A stretch of 64,000 nucleotides of DNA from Candidatus Poribacteria bacterium (GTDB lineage Bacteria; Poribacteria; WGA-4E; WGA-3G): assembly GCA_963665235.2 (NCBI GenBank), contig CAXXLX010000001.1, positions 2,336,001 to 2,400,000 on the forward strand, written 5' to 3'. Under the pieces are notes generated by a model. It was not told where the DNA came from and searched no databases. It saw nothing but the letters and a program-made list of their open reading frames with translations. Numbering within the stretch: the first letter of the stretch is position 1; every line of letters starts with the position of its first letter. Below, piece by piece: positions 27,740 to 38,100 of the stretch. The position numbers and the translations under genes were made by a program.

Positions 27740-30016
27740 TTAACGATTGAAGAGAAATGCTCGGGATGAAATCAGTGCCCAGAGCAGGTCTTCCGTGTTT
27801 TCACGGAGGGTTGTCTCCTCGGAAACTAAGTGGGTTTCAGCCTTTTCAAGTTCCGCTTTCGTTGGATAACGGCTCAAAGTCCTTAGGTATAGCTCCGTAG
27901 CCAATTCTGCGGGGGTGAGCTTCTCCCCGGATTCCGGTTTAAGGAGTTTGGCGATTGTGCCGTTTCCACTTCTCAGCTTGCCGTTTATATAGCTGGAGTT
28001 GATGATATGGAGTGCCTGGGTAAGCGTTGGTTCAAGTTTCGGCTCCAGGTCGCTTAGGAACTCCCTATTGGAGCGTCCGAATAGGGTGAGAAAGCGTGTA
28101 TTTATGGGGAGCTCTGCCTGAATAGACCGTTTGCCTTCAGGATATCGTCCATATCTCTCCGTTGTCCCGGTGACATCGTTTAGGACATCAAGCAGGATTT
28201 GTGCTACGAGGGGTCTCGGCATGAAGTGAGAGAAGAATCTATCGTCCAATTTATTGGTTTCATTAGGTGCAGCGGAGAGTTGATAAGTGTGTGAGTTAAG
28301 CATAAGTTTAATGATATGCTTGGTATCAAACCCACTTCGTATAAATTCTTCCGCTAATGCCTCTAAGAGGCCTTCAACACTAGGGGGTGTTGTAGCACGC
28401 ATATCGTCGACAGGGTCAACAATCCCTCGTCCGAAATAGTGGCTCCACAAGCGATTGACGGTCGCTTTTGCGAAGTAAGGATTTGTGGGAGAGGCAATCC
28501 AGTCAGCGAGATGCTGTATCGCTTCGGCTCTGTAGGCTTCAGGGAGCGTTTCGCCGCCGAGGAACGTCGGTTGCGCGACCTGTCCACGATTACCTTGGAC
28601 AGATTGGTTAATAACGCGTCCTGCGGGGTTGTGATAAACGATGAGTTCTTGATAGACTTCACCACCCCGTGCGTTGACTTTGCCTGTGAATGCGGCGAAG
28701 TTCCAATAATCATCGGTTGTCCACTCATCAAATGGATGTTTATGGCAGCGCGCACAACTGAGGCGAATGCCAAGGAACACTTGTGCGGTGGTTTCTGCTC
28801 TCCCGGAGGGTTGCCGTTCAATACGATAATAGTTGGTCGGTCCGTGTTGATAGGTGCTGCCGCGTGCAGTCAAGATGTCGTGTACAAATTGGTCGTACGG
28901 CATGTTTGTAGCGACAGCTTTCCGGATGAACTCGTGGAAGAGGGTTGCTGCGCGTTCGCCATATTGCCCATTTCCGAGTCTACGGGGATGTACCCGCAAC
29001 ATATCTCCTATTTTTAATGTTCGGAGGTCGACCCATTCTGGTGTGTCTATGAGCGTATCGATGAGACGTGCGCGTTTTTCTGGGGTTTTATCCGTTAGAA
29101 ATTCGCGTACCTCTGTGGATGTTGGCAATCTCCCGATAGTATCTAGATAGACACGGCGCATGAACTCGGCATCCGTTGCCAGTTCGGATGGGCGTACATT
29201 CAATTTTTTGAGTTTTGCGGAGACGAATTCGTCTATGAAATTGTTCGTCTCAAGCGGTTGATACGGTTCACTATCCGGCTCTCTCGGAATAGTAACGAAG
29301 CTGGAGGTGACAACCCCCAGGAATCGCGCGAGGATGGCAGTGCCGCCCCAGCGGACGCTAGTCACCTGTCCGGTTGGGTTGACAGTTGCCACGGGTGCAT
29401 CTTTGGATTCATAAACGGCTTGGTGTGTTACATCTTTGACGGAGCCATCGGTGAAATACGCTTGTACCGTGAGCTGTTGCGTTTCTCCGACGGCGTTCAG
29501 GACGATTTCGGTTGGTGCTATTTCGAGCCGTTGCAAGCGCGGTTCGTCGGGCGAGAAAGGTGCGCCAGCTTCAATCCATCGGCGGATAGTTTCCGCTTCG
29601 TCCGAACCGACATCAAATCTCAGACCGCCTGTGTGCGGTATTTGGCCTGTCGGTTTGAGGAGAAACAGGCTCTGGTCAGGTTCAAGTAGGTTGATGCGTC
29701 TGCCACGATTGTGTTTAACAATCGGTGCGTAATCTGCTTCGGGATTAAGCGTGAGCAGCGATAGATTGAGTCCGCCTTGCCCACCGAATTTTCCGTGGCA
29801 GAGCCCAGCGGAGCATCCCTGTTTATCTAGAATCGGTGCGATATCTTTGAGAAAAAGCGGGGTACGTTCAGACATGTCCGCTTTCACTTTGGTGTTATCT
29901 GCTGTCTCGGTGGCTGCATTTGCCGAGCACGCTGGGGGCATCAGCATGTATGCACACGCGGTGATAGCAGTTATGATGAGAATAGGAATTATACGGTTCC
30001 ACGTTACGCGTTTCAT
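27740..30016 (-). CDS. DUF1549/DUF1553 (planctomycete cytochrome-like PSCyt2/PSD1) protein with an Ig-like domain
   Basis: CSAGLCHG, CARCHKHPFD, FMRRVYLD.IGRLP, NPYFAKATVNRLW.HYFGRG.VDPVDD, S.TYQLS. Confidence 0.92.
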   Translation of the reverse strand: MKRVTWNRIIPILIITAITACAYMLMPPACSANAATETADNTKVKADMSERTPLFLKDIAPILDKQGCSAGLCHGKFGGQGGLNLSLLTLNPEADYAPIVKHNRGRRINLLEPDQSLFLLKPTGQIPHTGGLRFDVGSDEAETIRRWIEAGAPFSPDEPRLQRLEIAPTEIVLNAVGETQQLTVQAYFTDGSVKDVTHQAVYESKDAPVATVNPTGQVTSVRWGGTAILARFLGVVTSSFVTIPREPDSEPYQPLETNNFIDEFVSAKLKKLNVRPSELATDAEFMRRVYLDTIGRLPTSTEVREFLTDKTPEKRARLIDTLIDTPEWVDLRTLKIGDMLRVHPRRLGNGQYGERAATLFHEFIRKAVATNMPYDQFVHDILTARGSTYQHGPTNYYRIERQPSGRAETTAQVFLGIRLSCARCHKHPFDEWTTDDYWNFAAFTGKVNARGGEVYQELIVYHNPAGRVINQSVQGNRGQVAQPTFLGGETLPEAYRAEAIQHLADWIASPTNPYFAKATVNRLWSHYFGRGIVDPVDDMRATTPPSVEGLLEALAEEFIRSGFDTKHIIKLMLNSHTYQLSAAPNETNKLDDRFFSHFMPRPLVAQILLDVLNDVTGTTERYGRYPEGKRSIQAELPINTRFLTLFGRSNREFLSDLEPKLEPTLTQALHIINSSYINGKLRSGNGTIAKLLKPESGEKLTPAELATELYLRTLSRYPTKAELEKAETHLVSEETTLRENTEDLLWALISSRAFLFNR

Positions 30017-30077
30017 GTCAATATCTCCTTCCTAATGGCTGAGGGTTAACGACTAATGGTTAATGACCAATTGCCAT

Positions 30078-32564
30078 TTATACAAAAACTTTGGGAAAGA
30101 CTTCTGTCATTTGGTCAACGAAGTGGAATGTGAGTCCTGCTTGTATATCCTCAGGAATTTCCACAAAATCTTTCTGATTCCCTACGGGGATGATGATTTT
30201 TTTGATACCTGCCTGTTTTGCTGCGAGGATTTTCTCCTTGATACCGCCGATTGGGAGTACTTTTCCTCTCAAGGTTAATTCTCCGGTCATAGCGATTTCT
30301 GGACTAATCCCGCGTTTCATAGCGATAGAAGCGAGGGCGGTGGCGATTGTGATTCCTGCGGAGGGGCCATCCTTTGGAATAGCCCCGGCAGGTACGTGAA
30401 TATGGATGTCATTTTGCAGGGCGTGTGCATCGAATTTGAGCGTATCCGCTTGGGATTTGACATAGCTGAGTGCAGTTCGTGCCGATTCCTGCATGACATT
30501 CCCTACCTGTCCGGTGACAAGAAGTTCCCCCTTTCCATCCTGATTTTGGGTTGTGGTTGCTTCGACAAAGAGGATTTCGCCGCCTGCTGGGGTGACGGAG
30601 AGCCCTGTTGCTACCCCTACATCGGCAGTTCTGCCGGCGATTTCGGAGTCGAATTTTGGAGGTCCGAGGTACTCCGGTAGTTCTTTGACCCGGATACGCA
30701 TCGGTTCGGTTTGTCCTTCTGCGACGCGGCGTGCGGATTTTCGGCAAAGGGTACCGAGCTCCCGTTCCAAATTTCGAACCCCCGCTTCTCGGGTATATTC
30801 GGTAATGACTTTCTTAATCGCAGTGCTGGAGATGATTAATTGTTTTTTAGTGATTCCGTTTTCTGCAAGCTGGCGTGGGATGAGATACTGCTTTGCAATT
30901 TGCAGTTTCTCGTTTGCTGTATAGCCTGGAAGCTCAATCGTTTCCATGCGGTCTCGGAGCGGGGCCGGAATCGTGTGAATCTGGTTTGCGGTTGTGATGA
31001 ACATGACCTGTGACAAATCGAACGGAACGTCCAGATAGTTATCGGTAAAGGTATCATTTTGTTCTGGGTCAAGTACTTCGAGCAGTGCTGCTGCAGGGTC
31101 GCCGCGAAAATCGGAGCCGAGTTTGTCGATTTCGTCAAGCATAAACACGGGATTATTGGATTCGACTTGCCGCAGTCCTTTAATAATACGTCCGGGCATT
31201 GAGCCGATGTAGGTGCGTCTATGTCCCCGGATCTCCGCTTCGTCGTGCATGCCGCCTAGAGAGATTCGGGCAAATTTTCTGCCGATGGCGCGGGCAATAG
31301 ATTTACCGAGCGATGTTTTGCCTACGCCTGGAGGGCCGACGAAACAGAAAATGGGCCCCTTCATATCGGATTTAAGGAGGCGCACTGCGAGATGCTCGAC
31401 GATTCGCTCTTTGACTTTGACGAGGTTATAGTGGTCCTCGTCAAGAATTTTCATCGCCTTGGTGAGGTCAATCGAATCTTCGGTGTTGGCTGACCATGGA
31501 AGGTTCAGAAGCCAATCCAGATAATTCCGGGATACGGTGGATTCTGGGGAGTGGGACTGCATTTTAGAGAGGCGGTTAAGTTCCTTAGTAGCAGCTTTGT
31601 GTGCTTTCTCCGGCAGTTTCGCCTTTTTCAACTGCTTCCGCATTTCGTCAATATCTGACGCTAGGTCGTCTGCTTCCCCGAGTTCTGTTTGAATCGCCTT
31701 GAGTTGTTCACGCAGAAAGTATTCCCGTTGCCCTTTGTTGATAACGGCTTGGGCGTCGGATTGAATTTTACTCTCCAATTCGTGGAGATTGAGTTCTTTG
31801 GCGAGGATAACAGTGAGTTTATTGAGCCGTTCGGGAATTGGAACAGCCTCAAGAATCTGCTGTTTTTCTTGCGGTTTCAAATCCAAGACAGAGGCGATAT
31901 AGTCCGCTAGGCGTCCCGGTTCGTCAATGCTTTTGGCGATGAGCATGTATTCTTCGAGGTACCGTGAAGAGAGTTGGATAATCCGTTGGAACATTTCCTC
32001 AATGCTACGGACGAGGGCTTCAATTTCTAGGTCCTCTTCCTCTGTAGATTCCGGTGTATCGTTGACATCAATGAGTCGGACGCGTGCTATCATGAAGGGT
32101 TCGGTCTGGAGTATTTCTTGAATTTGTACTCTCGAACTGCCCTTTGCGACAAATAACACATCTTCAACGTCCTTTTTTGCCTGGAGAATATGAATCAAGC
32201 TTCCGATGGGGCTTAATTCCTCAAGCGTCATGTCCTTCATTGCACGTGGGTCTGTGTCCAGGCTGCGGCCGGAGGTCGTTCGGAAAATACAGACTGCCCG
32301 TTCGCCATTGAGTATCGCATCGTCTACAGCGTCCATGACCATCTTTCCGGAGAGGGCGACATGGTGTGCTGGAAAAGGCGGATGTGGCGGCATATACGGG
32401 AAGATGACCAAATCATCGACCGGTAGGATAGGGAGTTCCTGTGTATTCAGAATTTCTTCTAGAACATCAACCTCGGATTTCCGTTTCCTGCTGCGTCTTC
32501 TCGAACGTTTTTTCGGCTCTTCGGGATTTTCAGATTCCTCAGTGTTTTCGTGTTCTTTTTCCAT
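30078..32564 (-). CDS. lon: ATP-dependent protease La
   Basis: GPPGVGKTS, GHRRTYIG, LDEIDK, PKDGPSAG, IGGIKEK; RBS before ATG 32564. Confidence 0.97.
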   Translation of the reverse strand: MEKEHENTEESENPEEPKKRSRRRSRKRKSEVDVLEEILNTQELPILPVDDLVIFPYMPPHPPFPAHHVALSGKMVMDAVDDAILNGERAVCIFRTTSGRSLDTDPRAMKDMTLEELSPIGSLIHILQAKKDVEDVLFVAKGSSRVQIQEILQTEPFMIARVRLIDVNDTPESTEEEDLEIEALVRSIEEMFQRIIQLSSRYLEEYMLIAKSIDEPGRLADYIASVLDLKPQEKQQILEAVPIPERLNKLTVILAKELNLHELESKIQSDAQAVINKGQREYFLREQLKAIQTELGEADDLASDIDEMRKQLKKAKLPEKAHKAATKELNRLSKMQSHSPESTVSRNYLDWLLNLPWSANTEDSIDLTKAMKILDEDHYNLVKVKERIVEHLAVRLLKSDMKGPIFCFVGPPGVGKTSLGKSIARAIGRKFARISLGGMHDEAEIRGHRRTYIGSMPGRIIKGLRQVESNNPVFMLDEIDKLGSDFRGDPAAALLEVLDPEQNDTFTDNYLDVPFDLSQVMFITTANQIHTIPAPLRDRMETIELPGYTANEKLQIAKQYLIPRQLAENGITKKQLIISSTAIKKVITEYTREAGVRNLERELGTLCRKSARRVAEGQTEPMRIRVKELPEYLGPPKFDSEIAGRTADVGVATGLSVTPAGGEILFVEATTTQNQDGKGELLVTGQVGNVMQESARTALSYVKSQADTLKFDAHALQNDIHIHVPAGAIPKDGPSAGITIATALASIAMKRGISPEIAMTGELTLRGKVLPIGGIKEKILAAKQAGIKKIIIPVGNQKDFVEIPEDIQAGLTFHFVDQMTEVFPKVFV

Positions 32565-32601
32565 GACGATTATGCTCCTTTTTTCTCTAAAGCTACGGTT
32601 A

Positions 32602-33741
32602 TTAATTACTATTTGTGTTGTGAATCCATCCGCGGTTTCCTTCAATGACGACTTTCGTGTTGAGTGCGGCACACCGTTTCTGATATTCCTCTAACGTCTC
32701 TATAGCGGTGTATTCCAAGCTTCCCTTTCGGCTAAGCTCGCCTGCCTCTGGGGTTTTAGGCGGTTTCGTGCCATCAGCCAATTTGAGCAGGCGCGGTTGC
32801 GGAAAGGGGGCACCCAGTACATCTACTAACACGGGTATTAATTCTATCGATTTGAATTCCTCCGCTACAAAGGTTACCTTAGGAATGACGACTCGCGCAT
32901 ATAGCAGTTGATATGTGTCATAGATGAAATCGGCGAGGCTGTAAATAATAGGTTTTCCCTTATAGATTTCTATACCCCCGAGGCTATGAAGCTGTTGACA
33001 TAGGACCAAATCCGCGCCAGCATTAATGAGCGCGTTTGCAAAGATACGTTGCCGCCCGATGCTTCCCTCTCGCACCTTCGAGTCGGAGTCCCTTTTTCCC
33101 CAATGGAGCCAAACGATAACGATTTGTGCCTCTTCATCTACCGCTTTAACGGCACGTATCATCTGACTGTAGTTCGCGGGGGCTACGGTGTCATGCGATA
33201 AGGAATATCCGAATTCATTTTCACGCAGATAGGCGAGCAGTGCGACCTTTTTGTCTTTGACATTAAGCCATGCAGGGGCCCGTGCTGCTTTCGCTGAAAT
33301 GCCTGCACCTATAGTTTTGACGTTATAACGCTCCAATTGGATTAATGTATCTTCTATCGCTTCTAAACCGAAGTCGGTGATATGCGGCGTTGCTAGCGAG
33401 ACAGCGTCAAATCCTGCATTTGCTAGAGCGCGCCCAAGTCCAAGTGTCGCGCGGAAGTACGGCTCTTGCGTTCGACGCGGTTCGCCTCTATCTGAAATGC
33501 TGGTGTTAAGGGACACAGTGGCAACATCAGCGGCTTGAATGAAGGGGGCAGTCCCCTCAAAAAAGACCCCCGCCCCGCGGCTTTCAATTAGCGGAGTCAA
33601 GTTGCTCCCGATAGTGATGTCGCCAACGGCGATAACAGAAATTTCAGTGCTGTCTACCTGCTCCGTTTCCGCGCTAGCGTGGAAAATCGTGCCTTGTATC
33701 AAAAAAAAGCTAGAAATAAGAACGGCTGCTATGCTTCTCAT
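32602..33741 (-). CDS. CapA family (PGA_cap) protein
   Basis: VGDI, GFDAVSLA..H..DFG, LHWG, GADLV, IEIYKGKPIIYSL. Confidence 0.88.
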   Translation of the reverse strand: MRSIAAVLISSFFLIQGTIFHASAETEQVDSTEISVIAVGDITIGSNLTPLIESRGAGVFFEGTAPFIQAADVATVSLNTSISDRGEPRRTQEPYFRATLGLGRALANAGFDAVSLATPHITDFGLEAIEDTLIQLERYNVKTIGAGISAKAARAPAWLNVKDKKVALLAYLRENEFGYSLSHDTVAPANYSQMIRAVKAVDEEAQIVIVWLHWGKRDSDSKVREGSIGRQRIFANALINAGADLVLCQQLHSLGGIEIYKGKPIIYSLADFIYDTYQLLYARVVIPKVTFVAEEFKSIELIPVLVDVLGAPFPQPRLLKLADGTKPPKTPEAGELSRKGSLEYTAIETLEEYQKRCAALNTKVVIEGNRGWIHNTNSN

Positions 33742-34211
33742 AATTCTTCTTTCAGTTGTTTGCCGAACGTTATCAAGAGCTCAGCGAGGGCTTGCCGCTC
33801 AAGCCGGTCCGCATTTAAGGATGCTTTGATCTGTTGCTGCAGTTTATCTATTTGTGCCTGGAAGTCCTCGGCAAACTGATTAATGAACGTTGAGAGTTGC
33901 TCAAGTTCACGTTCCCTGTCGTTGATAAGTTCATCCATTCGGCTATCGACGCGTTGTGTTATCTCGTCTGCGATACGGTTTTCGTAAGATGTTTTAGCGT
34001 CGGCAATCTCTTTCAATATTCTTGTCTCAGCGGTAGCAAGACTTTCTCGGGTTTTCTCTATTTCTACGGTAAGAGTTCGAAGTTTCTCATCGTAGCGGCG
34101 GAGGTCGTCTCCAAAAAGACTGTCTCGGAGATAAGCTTCTAAGTTTTGCGGGGGCGTTGGTTGCGGCTCCCGTGTTTCTTCTATTGTTGATGTTTCACGT
34201 ATGTCCTTCAT
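33738..34211 (-). CDS. Hypothetical coiled-coil protein
   Basis: LRDSLFG followed by a heptad-rich region; start re-assigned to ATG 34211 downstream of the repeat; ATGA overlap with the CapA gene. Confidence 0.75.
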   Translation of the reverse strand: MKDIRETSTIEETREPQPTPPQNLEAYLRDSLFGDDLRRYDEKLRTLTVEIEKTRESLATAETRILKEIADAKTSYENRIADEITQRVDSRMDELINDRERELEQLSTFINQFAEDFQAQIDKLQQQIKASLNADRLERQALAELLITFGKQLKEEL

Positions 34212-34231
34212 AGAAATCCCCTTCTGTCTTT

Positions 34232-34335
34232 CATAAACGTTGGGCATAAACGTTGGGCATAAACGTTGGGCATAAACGTTGGGCATAAACGTTGGGCATA
34301 AACATTGGGCATAAACGTTGGGCATAAACGTTGGG
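34232..34335. repeat. 13-bp tandem repeat (CATAAACGTTGGG) x8
   Basis: Eight contiguous units, one with a G>A variant; no spacers. Confidence 0.95.
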
Positions 34336-34366
34336 CGGCTAAAAGCGTGCCTGCCTGCCGAAATTG

Positions 34367-35422
34367 CTACGGGTAGTTATACAGATTTTCCGGTGTCTCT
34401 CTGTTATTTTGCTCATCTGTCTGCTGCACAGTGATTTCATCTGACGGTTGGCGGCGGTTCGCGTTAAATTCACGGAGGATGCAGTTGACAATTTCTTCAC
34501 TGTAGGCTTCCGCTGAAACTTTCCCTTGGTTTGCCTCCCACGCCATTCGTGCCGCTGCTTCGAAGTACTCGGCATGCTTATAAGCGTCCAGCGGGTCGGT
34601 GCCACGCGAGAAAGTGCCGTGTCCCACCCAGTAAACGATATGCCGCATCGACGCGTTGGCACCGTTCTCGAAAAGCCGCAGGCTCTCATAAGACAACTCC
34701 GGTATACCCGGGGCACGCTCTTCGACGAACCCAATCCCCCCGCAGGCATCGTACATAATCGGGGTCTCCGGTTCATATCCGCGCAGGAAATCATAAAACC
34801 GGTCAGGGTGCCCGTGTTGCGTACGCGAGATGAGGTTCAAAAACTTTGGCTGCAAGTGGACTAATGCCCGGAACCCTTGTGCTTCTAGCTGCTCGAAAAT
34901 CAGCAGATAATGGAACATTTCGCTGGTCGGGACACACGGTTTTGCTGTGCTAGTGCTTTGCAGCTCCGTTTGTGTCTGCGTTCCAAAACGCATGCGATAA
35001 TGTGTTCCATCCGGTTCCACCTCAATAACAGTCAGATTCAGGGCGGGATGTTCTATACCAATCATGTCTAGCCGTGAACCCGATTTGGTCAGAAGCACAT
35101 GCCTGCCCGCTAACCCTTTGACGACAATCTCTGCGGGAAGGGAATATCGCGGGGCATTATCGTAAGTGATGAGGCATGCTGCATCGACCGGTTCCGATAG
35201 TATGACCCCCATATTTCCCGCTGAAGCCCAGAGGTAGTCGTGTGCATGGGCATGCGCGCCTACCCATCCCATTTGCCCGATGCATGTGCCTAACTCACTA
35301 TCAGGCGAAATAGGGGCAAGCCTTGGCTGATATCCTCGCGCACACCACTGCTGGTAACGATAACTCTGCGGCGGTGGCGGCTGCGGATGTATCAAGTACG
35401 GATTGGTTAATGTTAAACCCAC
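34367..35422 (-). CDS. Class II aldolase/adducin family, RhaD-like
   Basis: AGN, LLTKSGS, PTSE, VHLQP, PG..EL, WVGHG, AEYFEAAA. Confidence 0.72.
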   Translation of the reverse strand: MGLTLTNPYLIHPQPPPPQSYRYQQWCARGYQPRLAPISPDSELGTCIGQMGWVGAHAHAHDYLWASAGNMGVILSEPVDAACLITYDNAPRYSLPAEIVVKGLAGRHVLLTKSGSRLDMIGIEHPALNLTVIEVEPDGTHYRMRFGTQTQTELQSTSTAKPCVPTSEMFHYLLIFEQLEAQGFRALVHLQPKFLNLISRTQHGHPDRFYDFLRGYEPETPIMYDACGGIGFVEERAPGIPELSYESLRLFENGANASMRHIVYWVGHGTFSRGTDPLDAYKHAEYFEAAARMAWEANQGKVSAEAYSEEIVNCILREFNANRRQPSDEITVQQTDEQNNRETPENLYNYP

Positions 35423-35547
35423 TTGTGTCTTTTTTCTCCGTTAAAATATGTCTGCTCTGAATATTCTCTTTAAAATATACCATGTTTCATAGATTTTGTC
35501 AAGTTAAATCGTCAAAAAGTGCAAACGGGCAATAAATTCGGTGGTTC

Positions 35548-36309
35548 CTAATGCTGGAGCGTCTGTGAGATGAAAAGCTTTGTGCGTTCGTGCTGCGGGT
35601 TGTCAAAGAAATCCGCAGGGGCGGCTTCCTCTACGATTACACCTTCATCAAAAAAAAGGATTCGATCGGCGACTTCACGGGCGAACCCCATCTCATGGGT
35701 GACAACGAGCATGGTCATACCGGAGTGTGCGAGCTCCCGCATGACATCAAGCACTTCCGAAATCATCTCCGGGTCAAGCGCGCTTGTGGGTTCATCGAAG
35801 AGCATAATCTTGGGCTCCATCGCTAAGGCCCTTGCGATTGCAACGCGCTGCTGTTGACCTCCCGATATTTCTGCCGGGTATTTATACGCCTGGTCTGCGA
35901 TATCCACACGTTCTAAAAGTGCCAACGCTGCTTCTTCAGCCTCACTTTTCGACATTTTCCGGACCCGAATGGGCCCTAACGTTATATTCTGAAGGTTGGT
36001 GAGGTGCGGAAATAGGTTGAACTGCTGAAATACCATGCCGACCTCTTGACGGATAAGGTTGATATTACGGAGGTCATCGCTGAGTTCGATGCCATCGATG
36101 ATAATTTTGCCGCGCTGATGCTCCTCCAACCGGTTCAGCGTCCGAATGAATGTAGACTTTCCGGAACCGGAGGGACCACATATCACTGCCCTTTCGCCTT
36201 TTTGGAACGAGGTTGTAATTCCTTTGAGGACGTGGAAATCGTCAAACCATTTGTGTAGGTCCTCGCAGATAATAATTGGTGCGTTTGCTGCGTTTTCGTG
36301 TTCTGCCAT
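35548..36309 (-). CDS. aapP: General L-amino acid ABC transporter ATPase
   Basis: [47 protein letters not shown]. Confidence 0.92.
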   Translation of the reverse strand: MAEHENAANAPIIICEDLHKWFDDFHVLKGITTSFQKGERAVICGPSGSGKSTFIRTLNRLEEHQRGKIIIDGIELSDDLRNINLIRQEVGMVFQQFNLFPHLTNLQNITLGPIRVRKMSKSEAEEAALALLERVDIADQAYKYPAEISGGQQQRVAIARALAMEPKIMLFDEPTSALDPEMISEVLDVMRELAHSGMTMLVVTHEMGFAREVADRILFFDEGVIVEEAAPADFFDNPQHERTKLFISQTLQH

Positions 36310-36367
36310 TTTTTTCTGTCCTTTCTAAGATGTTTCGAAGTTGGTGTGAATTGCGTGGTCAACCCGC

Positions 36368-37618
36368 CTAGTGTTCTCCGACTCCCAATTCTGCTTCAAT
36401 TTTCTGACTGGCGTAAGACATTGCGTAGGTAAAAATAAAATAGATGACTGCAGCAAATAGGTATACTTCAGCCTGAAGTCCCAGCCAGTCTAGGTTTGCG
36501 ACAACACTTTTCGCTATCCCCAGAAGATCGAGTAGGCCGACAATAGTTACGAGGGATGTGTCCTTAAAGAGCGCGATGAATTGCCCGACGATAGCGGGAA
36601 TGACTGCCCGCAGTGCCTGGGGCAAAACGATAAACAGCATCGTCTTTGGATAGGTAAGTCCAATTGCTTGTGCAGCTTCATGTTGCCCCCTCGGAATCGC
36701 TTGGAGGCCGCCACGGACGTTCTCTGCCATGTAGGCTGCTGAAAAAAGCGTTAACCCGACCATAGCGCGTAAAACTTTGTCAAGTTGAAAGTCGCCTGGC
36801 ATAAAAATTGGGAGTAATATGCTTCCCATGAACAGGATAGTGACCAAAGGGACACCGCGAACTGTTTCAATATAGATTATGGAAACCCACCGAATAGCTG
36901 GCAGCTGACTTCGCCGTCCGAGTGCCAAAAGCACACCGAGTGGGAAGCAGGCTAAAATACCGACCGCTGCGAGAATTAATGTGAGAAGCAGCCCCCCCCA
37001 GTTTGTTGTGTGAACGGTGTTCTCGCCGAACCCGCGCAGCATTATCATAGTCCACGGAAAGGAGAGAATCCATCCACCGATGACCCATCGCTTCAATTCA
37101 TTCCTATCGCGTCCGAGAAAGAAGCTAACGCCAAAGAGTACTAAGCCGCCTAATAACCATCCCCTCTTGAAAAAAATGAGGTAGATAATATTGAAGTTAT
37201 ATTCAAGTGTAGCAGATTCAGTTTCACTATTTTTAACAATATCCAAAGGTATAAGGAGTAAAATCAGTCCAAAAATTGCAATAGCAATTGCAATGCGGAG
37301 AACCAAACCTTTCCATACTCCCGTACTCAGCCCTAACAATACAAACAAAGTATAAAGGACTATCCAGATCTGCCATACCTGTTCTATCGGATAAGATCCG
37401 ATCATCAGTATTTGCAAGTTCGCAGGGATAACTTTCCAATCGGCTTGTGTAAGCACCCACGTTAAAACGCCTTTGAAAACAAAGTACAAAAACACAAGGG
37501 CTAAGAGTGTTAAGAGGGTATTATACCAGGTGCTAAACAGGTTCTCCTTAAGCCACCGTATCGGGCTTTTTGAGGCGGATGGGGGTTTAATTTCTGGCGT
37601 AACTTCTGGGTTTTCCAT
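36368..37618 (-). CDS. aapM: Amino acid ABC permease
   Basis: WLKENLFSTWYN, WGGLLLTL, IETVRGVPL, AYMAENVRGGLQAIPRGQ.EAA. Confidence 0.92.
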   Translation of the reverse strand: MENPEVTPEIKPPSASKSPIRWLKENLFSTWYNTLLTLLALVFLYFVFKGVLTWVLTQADWKVIPANLQILMIGSYPIEQVWQIWIVLYTLFVLLGLSTGVWKGLVLRIAIAIAIFGLILLLIPLDIVKNSETESATLEYNFNIIYLIFFKRGWLLGGLVLFGVSFFLGRDRNELKRWVIGGWILSFPWTMIMLRGFGENTVHTTNWGGLLLTLILAAVGILACFPLGVLLALGRRSQLPAIRWVSIIYIETVRGVPLVTILFMGSILLPIFMPGDFQLDKVLRAMVGLTLFSAAYMAENVRGGLQAIPRGQHEAAQAIGLTYPKTMLFIVLPQALRAVIPAIVGQFIALFKDTSLVTIVGLLDLLGIAKSVVANLDWLGLQAEVYLFAAVIYFIFTYAMSYASQKIEAELGVGEH

Positions 37619-37669
37619 GTGCTCATTTTCCTTAATTGGCGATTGGCTATTGCTAACTATTAACCTATT

Positions 37670-38100
37670 GTGATAGCACCCACTACCTAAAGGCAGGGGC
37701 TTTGGCTTCATAGACGTTTGCGTTCTTCCCGAAGGTTGAACGTCCGAGGTCCCACCGAGGACATCCTTTTATATCGTCTCTACCCGTAGGCGATTCCCCG
37801 CAGATGTAACCCCTTTTATAGATGAAACCTCTTTGGGCATATCAGGGCGGAATGTTCCTGTCTATCCCCACCTACCTTTTTTCTCACATCGTCGCATGCT
37901 AGCTCTGATTCCACACGTTTTACAGCCGCCCTTCCTACCAGGCACGCCGACATGACAAGTCCTGAAACTTGGGAGTTCTGAACCCACTACGTTTTATTTT
38001 GAATGGACGCTCTCCATCAACATTGCTGTTGCGCGGTGCGGTTTTTACACCTGTTGACACCGATGGGCAGTCTGTGTTACCCTTGCACATTGTGAAAGTC
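37670..38100 (-). ncRNA. Putative large structured RNA ending in an omega/reRNA-like 3' module
   Basis: Minus-strand cUUCGg hairpin (37721-37742), GCAA GNRA hairpin (38018-38031), long-range helix 38065-38075 with 37922-37931; no credible ORF. Confidence 0.55.

Noticed and set aside
34212-34325. N-terminal repeats MPNVYAQRLCPTF of ORF 33738-34325
   Set aside because: An artefact of translating the 13-bp VNTR; the likelier start is ATG 34211.
34232-34335. CRISPR array
   Set aside because: The 13-bp units are contiguous with no spacers, and there are no cas genes in the window.
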